Assembly: GCA_041742355.1 (NCBI GenBank)
Contig: JBGSIV010000121.1
Coordinates: 1 to 60,779 of the forward strand
DNA length: 60,779 nucleotides
Direction of reading: 5' to 3'
Source of the DNA: Candidatus Zixiibacteriota bacterium
GTDB lineage: Bacteria; Zixibacteria; MSB-5A5; GN15; FEB-12
A model generated the notes under the pieces. The model ran no database searches, was not told where the DNA came from, and was given only the letters and a program-made list of their open reading frames with translations. Of this stretch, positions 1 through 9,443 are shown piece by piece. The translations under genes were made by a program, and so were the position numbers. The stretch's first letter is position 1. Every line of letters starts with the position of its first letter.

Positions 1-180
1 TACCAGAAGACAAGTGAGCGCAAGCGCGACTTCTACCATGGTGGCAGCGGCTGATCCCGGTGACGGTTGTTTTTCGCAGGTGACTCTCCACCAGTATCAG
101 CGGTGCCGTCGGCGCTGTCAAGCTTTGAAGTGGTGTCAGGTGTCCCCACCCGACACCAGTTCGAAAGCCCGCGTCACCCG

Positions 181-2265
181 CTACCGGCCTTTCCGCAAGT
201 TCTCCACAGCCTGCTGCAGCTTCTCCAACTGCCGCAGAATCTCGGCATTTTGCGCCTTGAGCTCCGTGTTTTCCGCGGCGAGTTGCTTCGTCGCCTCCAC
301 CAGAACCGCCGTCAGCCTGCCATAGTCCACCGCTCTGTAGTCTTCGTCACCCCAGGTCGTCACCAACTCCGGCAGCACCTTCTCGACATCCTGCGCAATC
401 ACCCCGATTTCCCGGTGCCCTGACGACCTTCCCAGCGCCGCGTAAGTCCCGTTCCAGTCGAATGAGACACCGCTTATCTGCGCGATCTTCGCCAACGCAT
501 CCTCGATCGGCTGCACATTCTCCTTCAGTCTTTCATCCGACGAGGTCGGGAAGCTCGTCGCATGGCATGACCCCGCCACATCCAGCTTGTAACCGGGAGT
601 CGATGTACCGACACCGACATTCAACGCCGGCATGATGCTGACATCACCAACATCGGTGGCTACAAAGCCGTCGGTGCCGTCATGATACAACTGGATGCAG
701 TTGCCCCATCCTGAGGTATTGCTCCCGTATACGGCCAGGCGGGCGTCATACTTCCGGCTCCCCGTGAATCCTGAGTAGAATCCAAAGACCTGGTCCTCGG
801 TATCATCCCCCTCGAACGTCCCGAGCTGGTTGTTGCTGAAGAAGATTCCGCACCGCCCCGGATCGTTATGAGTATTCGTATGCAGGACTAACCCTCCCGG
901 GTGCGTCGAGGATCGATTAATCCTTACAATCCCGCCGAAAACCCCGGACGAATCCCCGCTGCCGACGACCCCCCATCCATGGGACGCCAGAGCTCCCGAA
1001 CAGAGGCTCGGACCCATATCGCCGGTATCCGCACGTACGGAGAGTCCATAGTCCCTGGTCGCAGCGAACAGGTGTATACCGGCTGAATCGTTATCTATCA
1101 CCAACCCGTCGTCGCTCATCCCTATCGCACTGGCATATATCGCCCGGCTCTCCTCGCCCAGCGTGGCATAGTTCCCCGCGCTGTAGTGCTCACCTCTCAT
1201 CCCATAAGTCGAGCCTTTCCCGAAGACGCCCCTTCGACCCGTCCCGTACACCCCCAACCCGAACGCGCTGGAGGCGTGTATCGCCGTGCTGTCGGCGCTG
1301 CTGGCGCGGATACCCACTCCGTAGTAACCCTCTCCGTAGATCCCGACCTCGTTCGCCTCCTGCCCGACGCCAACTGCACCGGCGGCCTCCGCCCCCAAAG
1401 CCCCGAAGCAACTCGACGACGTATCCTTCCCATAAACCCCGTAATCAGTGCTGCCAAGATAGCCGTAATTATGCGATGTGGGATGCTCACCCAGCACACC
1501 CCAATTCCCCGACCCAAGAACGCCCGCCTTGGAGGAGCTCTGACCGTAAACACCATAACCAGAAGCCGACGTACCTTGGACGCCGTAACCGGAACTGGAC
1601 GTGCCGTAAATGCCTGCCGCATTGGGATTCGACGCATCCCCCCATATCCCATGCCCGGTCCCGTCGGTCGATCCGTACAGCGCGGGGGTAGGATTGGAAG
1701 CGTTGTCGATGTGGAAATATCCCGCGCCGTTTGTGGCCTCGGTCATAGTCACATCGAGCTTGTTGTTCGCCCCGTTCGTGCCAATGGCCACCTTGTCACT
1801 CAGGGTTGTGAGGTGAACAGCAGGCCCTCCGTCCGTCCATCCTCCGCCTCCCCCCGAGACGCTAAGCGCAACTTGCGCCGTATCCGCCCGCAGCGACTGC
1901 CGCGCGTACGGCACTGATACCAGCTTCACTCGCGGCGTCAACTCCGGATCCGCCCCCACTCGGATACCCAGGTACCGCGTCGTGTCCCCCGCAAACAGTG
2001 TGTTCGGAAGCTGGACCGAATCTCCGAGCGCGTAGTTCAGGAGCCCGTTGTTGATCGTCACCGTCCGAAAATCGTTATCCCAGAGGACCGTCCCTCCACT
2101 CGGCGCATTGTAGATCACGAATCGCACGAGGTAATTACCGTTGGGAATCGCCGTCCCGGCGGGAGTTGTTACCCGACCCTGGTAATTAATGACATTGGGG
2201 GCTCCGGCCAGCGCAAGACCGGCCGCGACGATTACCACCATTCCCAGAAACAGCACCGTCTTCAT
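181..2265 (-). CDS. Secreted tail-fibre-like surface protein with C-terminal Peptidase_S74 / endosialidase-type intramolecular chaperone domain
   Basis: ORF 181..2283 starts at TTG in the track. The in-frame ATG at 2265 gives MKTVLFLGMVVIVAAGLALAG (signal peptide) and is preceded by GGAAAGGG. The middle is Gly/Ser/Tyr-rich short repeats (GIYGTSSSGYGVQGTSASGYGVYGQSS). The C-terminus SSDERLKENVQPIEDALAKI..GVSFDWNG..IGVIAQDVEKVLPELV..DYGRLTAVLVEATKQL plus coiled coil matches the S74 chaperone signature from memory. Confidence 0.75.
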   Translation of the reverse strand: MKTVLFLGMVVIVAAGLALAGAPNVINYQGRVTTPAGTAIPNGNYLVRFVIYNAPSGGTVLWDNDFRTVTINNGLLNYALGDSVQLPNTLFAGDTTRYLGIRVGADPELTPRVKLVSVPYARQSLRADTAQVALSVSGGGGGWTDGGPAVHLTTLSDKVAIGTNGANNKLDVTMTEATNGAGYFHIDNASNPTPALYGSTDGTGHGIWGDASNPNAAGIYGTSSSGYGVQGTSASGYGVYGQSSSKAGVLGSGNWGVLGEHPTSHNYGYLGSTDYGVYGKDTSSSCFGALGAEAAGAVGVGQEANEVGIYGEGYYGVGIRASSADSTAIHASSAFGLGVYGTGRRGVFGKGSTYGMRGEHYSAGNYATLGEESRAIYASAIGMSDDGLVIDNDSAGIHLFAATRDYGLSVRADTGDMGPSLCSGALASHGWGVVGSGDSSGVFGGIVRINRSSTHPGGLVLHTNTHNDPGRCGIFFSNNQLGTFEGDDTEDQVFGFYSGFTGSRKYDARLAVYGSNTSGWGNCIQLYHDGTDGFVATDVGDVSIMPALNVGVGTSTPGYKLDVAGSCHATSFPTSSDERLKENVQPIEDALAKIAQISGVSFDWNGTYAALGRSSGHREIGVIAQDVEKVLPELVTTWGDEDYRAVDYGRLTAVLVEATKQLAAENTELKAQNAEILRQLEKLQQAVENLRKGR

Positions 2266-2543
2266 AGCCGCTGCCCTTTCCAACGAATATGTGTCAAAGA
2301 ATGATTTTGTTCGCCCTGCTAAGAACTGAGAAATCGAACCGGCACACGTCTCCGGAAGTGTGCGCCTAAGGTCAGCAGTAGTCTGTTATCAATGGTAATA
2401 TACGGATTCCGGCGGTTGTGCCAAGCAAAAATCGGACCCCCCGGCCCATCATCCCCATAGGTGCACGAGATCATCTGCCGGGCGCCTCCACTTGATGTCA
2501 TCCACCAGTCGGCTGCCAGTGAGCGCAGTCGAAGAGTGCCCCG

Positions 2544-3476
2544 CTAATCCGCCGTCGGCGCTGTGACCCTTCCCCGCCGCCCGATTGTCCCGAGGTAGAT
2601 CGCCGCCAGTGTCACCGCCGCCCCCAGCGCCTGGAGAGGTGTCAGGCGCTCGGTGAAGAACATCCACCCCCACGCTGTTGCGAGCACCGGCTGCAGCAGC
2701 AGCGCCAGCCCGCTCTTGTGGGCATCCACTTTCGGCAGCGACGACGAGATCGCCCACCAGCCGATCGCCTGCGGGATCAGGCCCAGCGCGAACAACACGG
2801 CCCAGCTGTAGAGATCGGGCGGCCAGAACTCGTTGCGCTCGGTCAGCACGGACGCCACGCCGAGGATAACGGCGCAGAACAGCGAGGTCCACGCCATCAG
2901 GGTGATGAAGCTCGGCGGCGTGCCTTCCCGCTGGCCGGATATCTTTATCACCACGATGTAGTGCGCATAGAAGACCCCGGTCAGGAGCCCCAGGAACACC
3001 CCCTGCAGGTATGGCCCGGTGAAGACGATGTCGCTCCCCACCCCGATCAAGAGAGTGACGCCGACGATCCCGCTGACGGCCGCCACGAAATAGGCCGCGC
3101 TGAGCCGCTCCTTGAATATGAAGAAGCTCAGGATCGCCGTGCCGAACACCTGTGTGCTGGCGAGGATCGTGGCCATCCCCGCTCCCGAAAGGATGATCGA
3201 CCGGTGCCAGGCGAACAGGTCGCAGAAGAACAGGAATCCGGCGAGGATACTCCACCGTTTGATCGCCCACGGCAGCCGCACACTGTGCCCGGCGAGGATC
3301 GCCCACAGGAAGAGGATACCAGTCCCGAGGATCATCCGCCAGAAGGCGATCGACCCCGGTCCCATTTCCCCCACCCCGAGCATCTTTACAAAGATCGCCG
3401 CAAAACTGATACACACCGCCCCGAACGCCAGGGTGGCAAAGGACCGCATCCGGTTGTGACCGCTCGCCTGTTGCAT
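2544..3476 (-). CDS. EamA/DMT-family permease
   Basis: 310-aa polytopic membrane protein with two similar hydrophobic halves typical of EamA-domain transporters. Clean ORF with coding-like composition. Confidence 0.7.
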   Translation of the reverse strand: MQQASGHNRMRSFATLAFGAVCISFAAIFVKMLGVGEMGPGSIAFWRMILGTGILFLWAILAGHSVRLPWAIKRWSILAGFLFFCDLFAWHRSIILSGAGMATILASTQVFGTAILSFFIFKERLSAAYFVAAVSGIVGVTLLIGVGSDIVFTGPYLQGVFLGLLTGVFYAHYIVVIKISGQREGTPPSFITLMAWTSLFCAVILGVASVLTERNEFWPPDLYSWAVLFALGLIPQAIGWWAISSSLPKVDAHKSGLALLLQPVLATAWGWMFFTERLTPLQALGAAVTLAAIYLGTIGRRGRVTAPTAD

Positions 3477-3580
3477 AGGCGCAATGATAGCCGAAAACCG
3501 GTCTGCGGGAAACTGTTTTCCACGGGGACCGTACTAGCAGTATCTTGCATGAAACACCCCCAGACTCGGAGGAATGTCCC

Positions 3581-4498
3581 ATGAGAACCGCTCTGCTGTC
3601 CCTCCTGATCTTGCTGGCTGCCGGCGGCGCCATCGCCCAGCAGGTAGCGGATTCGGCGTTCGCCCCGCCTATCGCCAATCCGGCATTCCCGGTTGGCGAG
3701 GGGCCGGTGGTCATGATCGACGCCGCCCATCATAACTTCCACACCGCCGACGGCCGCTACTACACGTTTGCCCGGCTCCTCATGCGCGACGGTTACCGGG
3801 TGATCTCCTCGGAGGCCTCGTTCACGGCCGAGACGCTCGGCAAGGGGCAGATCCTCGTCGTGTCGAATGCGCTGAACGAGCGCAACACCGAAGACTGGTC
3901 CCTCCCCACACCGTCGGCCTTCACCCCGGAGGAAGTCGCCGCCGTGCGAGAGTGGGTACACAGCGGCGGCTCGCTGCTGCTTATCGCCGATCACATGCCG
4001 TTCCCCGGCGCCGCAGGCGATCTCGCGGCCGCCCTCGGGTTTCAGATCAACAACGGGTTCGCCTTAGACACGGCCTCCGATGACGGCGGAACGTACGTCT
4101 TCCGCCGGGCCGACAATACGCTTGCCGATCATCCCATTACCAACGGCCGCACGCCGGCCGAACGGATCGACTCGGTCGTCTCTTTCACCGGTGAGGCCTT
4201 TCAGGCCGATTCAGCCGTGGCGCTCATGACATTCGGTGCGGGCGTCTCATCGCTCATGCCGGACGTCGCCTGGGAGTTCTCCGACAGCACGAAGCAGGTC
4301 GATGTCTCCGGGTGGTTCCAGGGGGCGGTCAGTACGGTCGGGAAAGGCCGCGTGGCCGTTTTCGGCGAGGCGGCGATGTTCTCCGCGCAACTGGCCGGTC
4401 CCAATCGCGTTGCCGTGGGTATGAACCACACCCGTGCACCGCAAAACCCGCAGTTTCTGCTGAACACCGTGCACTGGTTGTCGGGCGTGTTGGAGTAG
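3581..4498 (+). CDS. Secreted hypothetical protein (possibly ThuA/DUF4350-like GATase1 fold)
   Basis: ATG at 3581 is preceded by GGAGG 8 nt upstream. N-terminus MRTALLSLLILLAAGGAIAQQ is a signal peptide. GGSLLLIADHMPFPG resembles ThuA/DUF4350-type proteins, but only weakly. Confidence 0.6.
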   Translation: MRTALLSLLILLAAGGAIAQQVADSAFAPPIANPAFPVGEGPVVMIDAAHHNFHTADGRYYTFARLLMRDGYRVISSEASFTAETLGKGQILVVSNALNERNTEDWSLPTPSAFTPEEVAAVREWVHSGGSLLLIADHMPFPGAAGDLAAALGFQINNGFALDTASDDGGTYVFRRADNTLADHPITNGRTPAERIDSVVSFTGEAFQADSAVALMTFGAGVSSLMPDVAWEFSDSTKQVDVSGWFQGAVSTVGKGRVAVFGEAAMFSAQLAGPNRVAVGMNHTRAPQNPQFLLNTVHWLSGVLE

Positions 4499-4576
4499 TG
4501 TACACCCGCAGGGTCACACGCTCTCCCTCGCTGCGCTCGGGGTCGCGCAGGACCCTTCGGAACGGGGGGAAGTTCC

Positions 4577-5575
4577 GTCATGCTTCGACTCCGCTCAGCA
4601 TGACGGCGCATAGATCCCCAGGTCTTCCTTTACCCGTCACCCTGAGCGGAGTCGAAGGGTGACGAGAGAATGGGTTCGTCTGCACACTTTCTGTTTCTCA
4701 TTTTCTCTTTGTCTTTGTCAGGCTCCAAGGAGCCTGACCTACTTCCAAGGATGGGTTCGTTTGCACGGTTTCGGCAGATGTGGACATCTGCCGTTCACCA
4801 ACTGGGCGTGTTTGCGATCGCTCGGGGGTAACGCAAGGCCACCCCCTACGCGGGTGCGGAGCCACATTCCACGCGGACGCAAGGGGTATCGCCGTTCGCG
4901 GACGCATCGACGAATTGGGTTCGTTTACGCATGTTTCCCTGTGCGTTCATGGCTCTCTGCAGTCATTCTGTACTTGCCTCCCAGTCGGGTTTCTCGGGGT
5001 CTTCGACCCCTCGGAACCCGACCTACTCCCCAAGAACTCAGACCTATGCCTCAGGAACACCGATCTACCATTGGGTTCGTTTGCGCAAATTCCCTGTTCC
5101 TGGTTCCCCCGTTGTCAGGCTCCACGGAGCCTGACCGACAAGAAGAGCATTCGTATCGGGCTGCCCACAGCAGAGCTGTGGGTCACCTGTTCATTCTGTC
5201 AGGCCGCAAGCGGCCTGACCTACGTCTTTCTTCCCACGCATTGGGTTCGTTTGGTAATCCCGGCATACGGTAGACCTGAGCGTGACTGGGGCCCGGCCTC
5301 CGCCGGGCTGACAGGAAAGAAGTCGGGGGAACTCGTAGTGGACTCTGGCCGCACATTTGCCCTGCCTCTCCCATTGCCGACACACGGCCTCGCCTGTTGT
5401 CGATACTTCCTCTCCTGTTGCCAATGCGTTGCCTCTCCTTCTGCCGATACGTTGCCTCTCCTGCTGCAGGCGCAACGGCCTCTCCCCTTGTTTCCTTCAC
5501 GCCGCCTCTGAGCCTCCGTACACTCTGTTCTATACTTACCGGGACGTTGGGGCAATCTCCATCAGATCGTCAGTG
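4577..5575. repeat. Non-coding mosaic element, copy L (REP-like hairpins + 13-mer units + tandem array)
   Basis: Palindromes: GTCATGCTTCGACTCCGCTCAGCATGAC (4577-4604), GTCACCCTGAGCGGAGTCGAAGGGTGAC (4636-4663), GTCAGGCTCCAAGGAGCCTGACCTAC (4717-4742), GGCAGATGTGGACATCTGCC (4773-4792), GTCGGGTTTCTCGG..CGGAACCCGACCTAC (4984-5026), GTCAGGCCGCAAGCGGCCTGACCTAC (5198-5223). Five (A)TTGGGTTCGTTT-like units start near 4670, 4751, 4914, 5070 and 5240. The element is a reverse-complement homologue of 59685-60352. Confidence 0.85.
5352..5485. repeat. Head-to-tail array of six 21-24-bp units (iteron-like)
   Basis: Units at 5352-5372, 5373-5394, 5395-5415, 5416-5438, 5439-5461 and 5462-5485. Examples: TGTTGCCAATGCGTTGCCTCTCC and TTCTGCCGATACGTTGCCTCTCC. 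Plus-strand consensus is roughly TGnTGCCGAnACGnTGCCTCTCC. Confidence 0.85.
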
Positions 5576-5722
5576 AAACTGCACAGAAACGATGGAGGAT
5601 TACCGGGTGCGGAGTGATGCCCGCAAGAGGATACGTACTATGAGGATAGCGGTGGCGAGAGGGACCGAAAAGGGCGCGGTTTTGAGGATTTTGCAGCCTC
5701 GGAAATTGGGGCAAAGGTAGCC

Positions 5723-5786
5723 GCGACGATCGAGCAAGGCGACAATCGAGCACGGTGACGATCGAGAAAGGTGGAGGCGACGGAAG
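5723..5786. repeat. Short tandem repeat, about 3.5 x 16 bp
   Basis: GCGACGATCGAGCAAG / GCGACAATCGAGCACG / GTGACGATCGAGAAAG / GTGGAGGCGACGGAAG, directly downstream of the rodA stop. Confidence 0.7.
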
Positions 5787-5795
5787 GGAGGTTCG

Positions 5796-7013
5796 CTAGT
5801 ACTCCTGCCAGTGGTAGTCCGCTTTCACAATCAGCGCCACCAAAGTCCACGACAACACAAGCGATGTTCCACCGTAGCTCAGGAACGGGAGCGGCACGCC
5901 GGTCACCGGCATCAAGCCCAGGGTCATCCCGATATTGACGAGGAACTGGAAGAAGAAGATCGCAATCGCCCCGAAGGACACGTAGGAGAGGAACCGCGAG
6001 CGCGACCGCGCCGCTGTTTTGATCCCCCGGTAGAACATGTAGGCGAACAGGCCGATCGCCAGGAGCGCGCCCCACAGGCCGAACTCCTCCCCGAGTACGC
6101 TGAAGATGAAGTCGGTATGCCGTTCCGGCAGGAAGTCGAGCTTTGTTTGCGATCCACCCAGGAATCCCTTTCCCCACAATCCGCCCGATCCGATGGCTAT
6201 TTTCGATTGGATGATCTGATACCCCGCGCCGCGCGGATCCTGTGACGGGTCGATAAAGGAGATGATCCGCAGTTTCTGGTAGTCCTCAAGCTTGTTCCAG
6301 ATGAAGGGGGTGATACTTCCGAAGGCCAGGTTGGCCACCACCGTCACCACCCCGAAGGCCAGGCCCGGTCGGGCCAGGATCAGCGCTCCCAGGAGCACGG
6401 CGATGTAAATCGACCAGGCGAGCCAGTGGCTGGCCGCGACGAGAGAAATGATCGGCGAGGCGATGAGCGCGAGGTACATGAGCGGCAGCCCCGACCAGAA
6501 CCAGAGCGCCGCCAGCACCACCGGGAACGACAGCGAGGTGCCCAGGTCGGGCTGTTTAAGCACGAGCATCATCGGGACTACGGTCAACATCAGGGACATG
6601 GCGAGGCGGCGTTTCGAAGACGGGGCCAAGCGCGTGTAGGCGAAGAACCGCGCGAGCACGAATATGAGCGCGATCTTGCCGAGGTCGGCCGGGGAGAAGT
6701 TGATCGGGCCGAACGAAAACCACCGGGTCGCCCCCATCCGCGAGGCGCCGAACAGGAGCACCGCCACCAGCAGCACGACCGCGAAGATGTACATCACGTA
6801 CGCCCCGGCGTCGAAGAGCCGGAACGGCAGGTGCAGCACGACGGTCGCCACCACCAGCGCCACCACCAGCCACAGGAGCTGGCGCAGGTAGTAGTCCCGC
6901 GCGTATTCGGAGGTGTCGTGGTGCTGTGCGGCCAGGATCAGGATCACGCCGATGAGCGACAGCGCCAGGACCGCGCCGATGAATTTCCAGTCGAGCAGCC
7001 GGTAGTCGAGCAT
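5796..7013 (-). CDS. rodA: SEDS-family peptidoglycan glycosyltransferase RodA
   Basis: FtsW/RodA/SpoVE hallmarks: polytopic, GSGGLWGKGFLGGSQTKLDFLPERHTDFIFSVLGEEFG, PLPFLSYGGTS. Immediately downstream of PBP2, with a 1-nt overlap. Confidence 0.9.
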   Translation of the reverse strand: MLDYRLLDWKFIGAVLALSLIGVILILAAQHHDTSEYARDYYLRQLLWLVVALVVATVVLHLPFRLFDAGAYVMYIFAVVLLVAVLLFGASRMGATRWFSFGPINFSPADLGKIALIFVLARFFAYTRLAPSSKRRLAMSLMLTVVPMMLVLKQPDLGTSLSFPVVLAALWFWSGLPLMYLALIASPIISLVAASHWLAWSIYIAVLLGALILARPGLAFGVVTVVANLAFGSITPFIWNKLEDYQKLRIISFIDPSQDPRGAGYQIIQSKIAIGSGGLWGKGFLGGSQTKLDFLPERHTDFIFSVLGEEFGLWGALLAIGLFAYMFYRGIKTAARSRSRFLSYVSFGAIAIFFFQFLVNIGMTLGLMPVTGVPLPFLSYGGTSLVLSWTLVALIVKADYHWQEY

Positions 7014-8950
7014 CAGTCGGTCTCCCCCGCCGTGACGGTGGCAGCCGATACCACCGGCGCCGGTTTCTTCTCGGGCGTGCCGGTTGTCCCGGCCTCTTTG
7101 ACGCTGTCGGCAACCACCGGAGTCCGTCCGGCCAAGCTATCCGCTCTGGCCTGCTGCTCGGCGTAGAATGCTTCCGGGTCCAGCTTCTTTTTCATGTAGA
7201 CGTCGATAATCTTCCCCACGGCCGGCGCAGCCACGGTTGAACCGTGACCGGCATTTTCCACGATTGCCACCACGACGATTTCCGGTGTCCACAGCGGCGC
7301 GACGCCGCAGAATAATGAGTGGTCGTTTCCGTGCGGGTTCTGCGCTGTTCCGGTCTTGCCGCCAATCTTGTAGTTCGGCCGGCGGAGGCTCCGGGCAGTC
7401 CCGCCGCCCCCCTGGACCACGAGTTCGACCCCTTCTTTCAGGGTAAACATGGTCGCGTCGCTGAACGGCAGCGCAAAGGCCACCTTGGGCCTGACCACGG
7501 ATTCGTCGCCGTTGGGCGACGTAATTTTCTTCACCATGTGGAGCTGGTGCACAATCCCGTTATTGGCCATGCCGCAGTACAACTGCGCCAGCTGCAGCGG
7601 TGTCGCCAACACTTCCCCCTGCCCGATCGAGTTGTTCAGCACGAGTGCGCGCGTCCAGCCCCGTTTCCCATACCGCTTGTCGTAGTAGGCCTCGGTGGGA
7701 ATCAGTCCCGCGAGTTCCCCCGGGAGGTCGATCCCGGTGGGACGGCTGAAACCGCATTTTACGTAGTAGTCGCTCAGCGCGTCGACGCCCATCTTGAGCC
7801 CGATCTGGTACATGTACACGTCGCACGAGCGCTCGAGCGCGTGGGCCGCAGTAACCGAGCCATGCCCCCCCTTCTCCCAGCACTTGAAGAACCGGTTGCC
7901 GAACTGGTAGCCGCCGATGCAGGATTTCAGCAGGGTCGACGGCGTGACGTCGCCCCGTTCGAGCGCCGCGCCGACGGTCACGACTTTCGCCGTCGAACCG
8001 GGCGGGTACAACCCGGCCAGCGGGCGGTTCAGCAGCGGGTGCAGGGTGTCGGCCGTGATAGCCGCCCACAACGACTCGGGGATCATTCCCGAGAACACGT
8101 TGGCGTCGAAACTCGGGTACGACGCCATCGCCAGCACTTCCCCGTTGCGCGGATCCACGGCGACAATCGCGCCGCAGTGGAGCGAATCGAGCACCTCGCC
8201 GCATGCCCGCTGCAGATCGAGATCGATTGTGAGGGTCAGGTCGGTCCCGGGGATCGCGTTCTTGCGCGCTTTTCCGGTATACTCTCCGAGGTGCTGGCCG
8301 GTGGCCGATACTTCTATGTATTTCGTTCCCTCGAATCCCCGCAGCAGGGCGTCGTACTGCTTCTCGATGCCCTTCTTGCCGATCAACCGGCCCATGCGGT
8401 ATTCGCCGCCGCCGCTCTTCTCCAGTTCCTCGCGCGACACTTCCCCGACATAGCCGGTGAAGGCTTCCGCGCCGATTCCAACCGGGTACTGCCGGACCTG
8501 GTCGACCTGCCAGCTCACGCCCGGGAAGCGCTGGGCCTGTTCCTCGATGACAGCGATCGACTCAAAGGCCACATCGCGCGCCACCGCCGACGGCTGAAAC
8601 CGGCTGATCATGTTTTTCCTGATTGTCTTGCGGATCTGCAGTGTATCCTGGCCGAGCAGCTGGGCGAGGTTGGCCAGTGTCACGCCCGGCACTTCCTCGG
8701 CCGGGACGATCGAGACGGTGTAGGACGGACGGTTGTCGATAATGCGCCGTCCCTCGCGGTCGAACACCACGCCGCGCCGGGGAATGATTGGATCCACGCG
8801 GAGGCGGTTGCTCTCGGAGCGTTCGGCCAGTTCTTTGTATTGGAAGACCTGGAGATTGAGAAGGCCGACCACCAGAAAAATAACAGCCGCCGCGACAATC
8901 GCCAGGCCGAGTTTTTCTCGTGCTTCAACCGACAGGTGTGAACGCGTCAT
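7013..8950 (-). CDS. mrdA: Penicillin-binding protein 2 (elongasome transpeptidase)
   Basis: N-terminal TM anchor. Transpeptidase motifs STAK (SxxK), SCD (SxN/D-type) and KTGT. Lies between mreD and rodA. Low-complexity C-terminal tail. Confidence 0.9.
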   Translation of the reverse strand: MTRSHLSVEAREKLGLAIVAAAVIFLVVGLLNLQVFQYKELAERSESNRLRVDPIIPRRGVVFDREGRRIIDNRPSYTVSIVPAEEVPGVTLANLAQLLGQDTLQIRKTIRKNMISRFQPSAVARDVAFESIAVIEEQAQRFPGVSWQVDQVRQYPVGIGAEAFTGYVGEVSREELEKSGGGEYRMGRLIGKKGIEKQYDALLRGFEGTKYIEVSATGQHLGEYTGKARKNAIPGTDLTLTIDLDLQRACGEVLDSLHCGAIVAVDPRNGEVLAMASYPSFDANVFSGMIPESLWAAITADTLHPLLNRPLAGLYPPGSTAKVVTVGAALERGDVTPSTLLKSCIGGYQFGNRFFKCWEKGGHGSVTAAHALERSCDVYMYQIGLKMGVDALSDYYVKCGFSRPTGIDLPGELAGLIPTEAYYDKRYGKRGWTRALVLNNSIGQGEVLATPLQLAQLYCGMANNGIVHQLHMVKKITSPNGDESVVRPKVAFALPFSDATMFTLKEGVELVVQGGGGTARSLRRPNYKIGGKTGTAQNPHGNDHSLFCGVAPLWTPEIVVVAIVENAGHGSTVAAPAVGKIIDVYMKKKLDPEAFYAEQQARADSLAGRTPVVADSVKEAGTTGTPEKKPAPVVSAATVTAGETD

Positions 8951-8957
8951 AGCTGTG

Positions 8958-9443
8958 TCAGAACATCGCTTTTATCTTTTGTATCGTCACCCGGCCCTCT
9001 TTGAACATGAAGAAAATCCACGCGATCACAACGGTGTAGAGAGTGCCGGGAAGGAGCAGACGATACAGGTGGTAGCCGAAACCGTCAAGCCCTTCAATCA
9101 TCGCTGTCACAACGTTATACACCAGGGTTCCGACGAAGACAATGAGCATTTTGGAGGTGAGGGACTCGACATTCAGGCGCTCCCGGATATGAAAGGCCAG
9201 CCCCGCCACCATCGCCGTCACGAGCCCGTACCACCCTGTCAGGTCGGGGCGCGACGCCGCCACCACCAAGCCGACCAGGAATCCGAACCACACCGCCGCC
9301 CTTTCCGACTTATACAGGGCCACTCCCAGCACCAGGAGAATCGGGACGTTGATCGTCACCCCGTAGATGGAGGTGAGATCCCGGAACACCACTTCGTGGA
9401 AGGCGACCAGGAGCAGGTAGATGGCGTAGGGTATCAGGTTCAT
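8958..9443 (-). CDS. mreD: Rod shape-determining protein MreD
   Basis: 161-aa polytopic membrane protein. Its start overlaps the mreC stop by 4 nt. The call rests mainly on position between mreC and mrdA. Confidence 0.65.
   Translation of the reverse strand: MNLIPYAIYLLLVAFHEVVFRDLTSIYGVTINVPILLVLGVALYKSERAAVWFGFLVGLVVAASRPDLTGWYGLVTAMVAGLAFHIRERLNVESLTSKMLIVFVGTLVYNVVTAMIEGLDGFGYHLYRLLLPGTLYTVVIAWIFFMFKEGRVTIQKIKAMF

Noticed and set aside
1-180. Possible start of another minus-strand gene (ATG at 39, MVEVALALTCLLV...) or a terminator hairpin (GGTGTC..GACACC) left of the tail-fibre gene.
   Set aside because: Only 13 codons fall inside the window, which is too little to support a gene. The hairpin is not followed by a U run.
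2325-2360. tRNA-like T-loop (GGTTCGATTTC on the minus strand) upstream of the tail-fibre gene.
   Set aside because: The flanking bases cannot form a T-stem or acceptor stem, and no anticodon arm is present.
2449-3714. 421-aa minus-strand ORF overlapping the EamA permease gene in another frame.
   Set aside because: Arg/Gly/Ala-rich low-complexity translation. The alternative frame (2544..3476) gives a coherent polytopic EamA-type protein.
4670-5252. Possible CRISPR array: the recurring 13-mer ATTGGGTTCGTTT and flanks. Also the 23-bp and 27-bp arrays.
   Set aside because: The 13-mer units are 80-170 bp apart with variable spacing, and the 'spacers' are themselves known hairpin repeats. The 21-27-bp arrays are contiguous with no spacers. 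There are no cas genes in the window.
4659-5511. ORFs 4659..5273 and 4780..5511 (204/243 aa) inside mosaic L; likewise 28273..29196 and 59833..60476.
   Set aside because: Their 'protein' sequences are just translated palindromes and tandem repeats (WVRLH, QAPRSLTY, CHCERSEAIS, VTLSGVEG peptides recur in several frames and both strands). There are no start-site signals.
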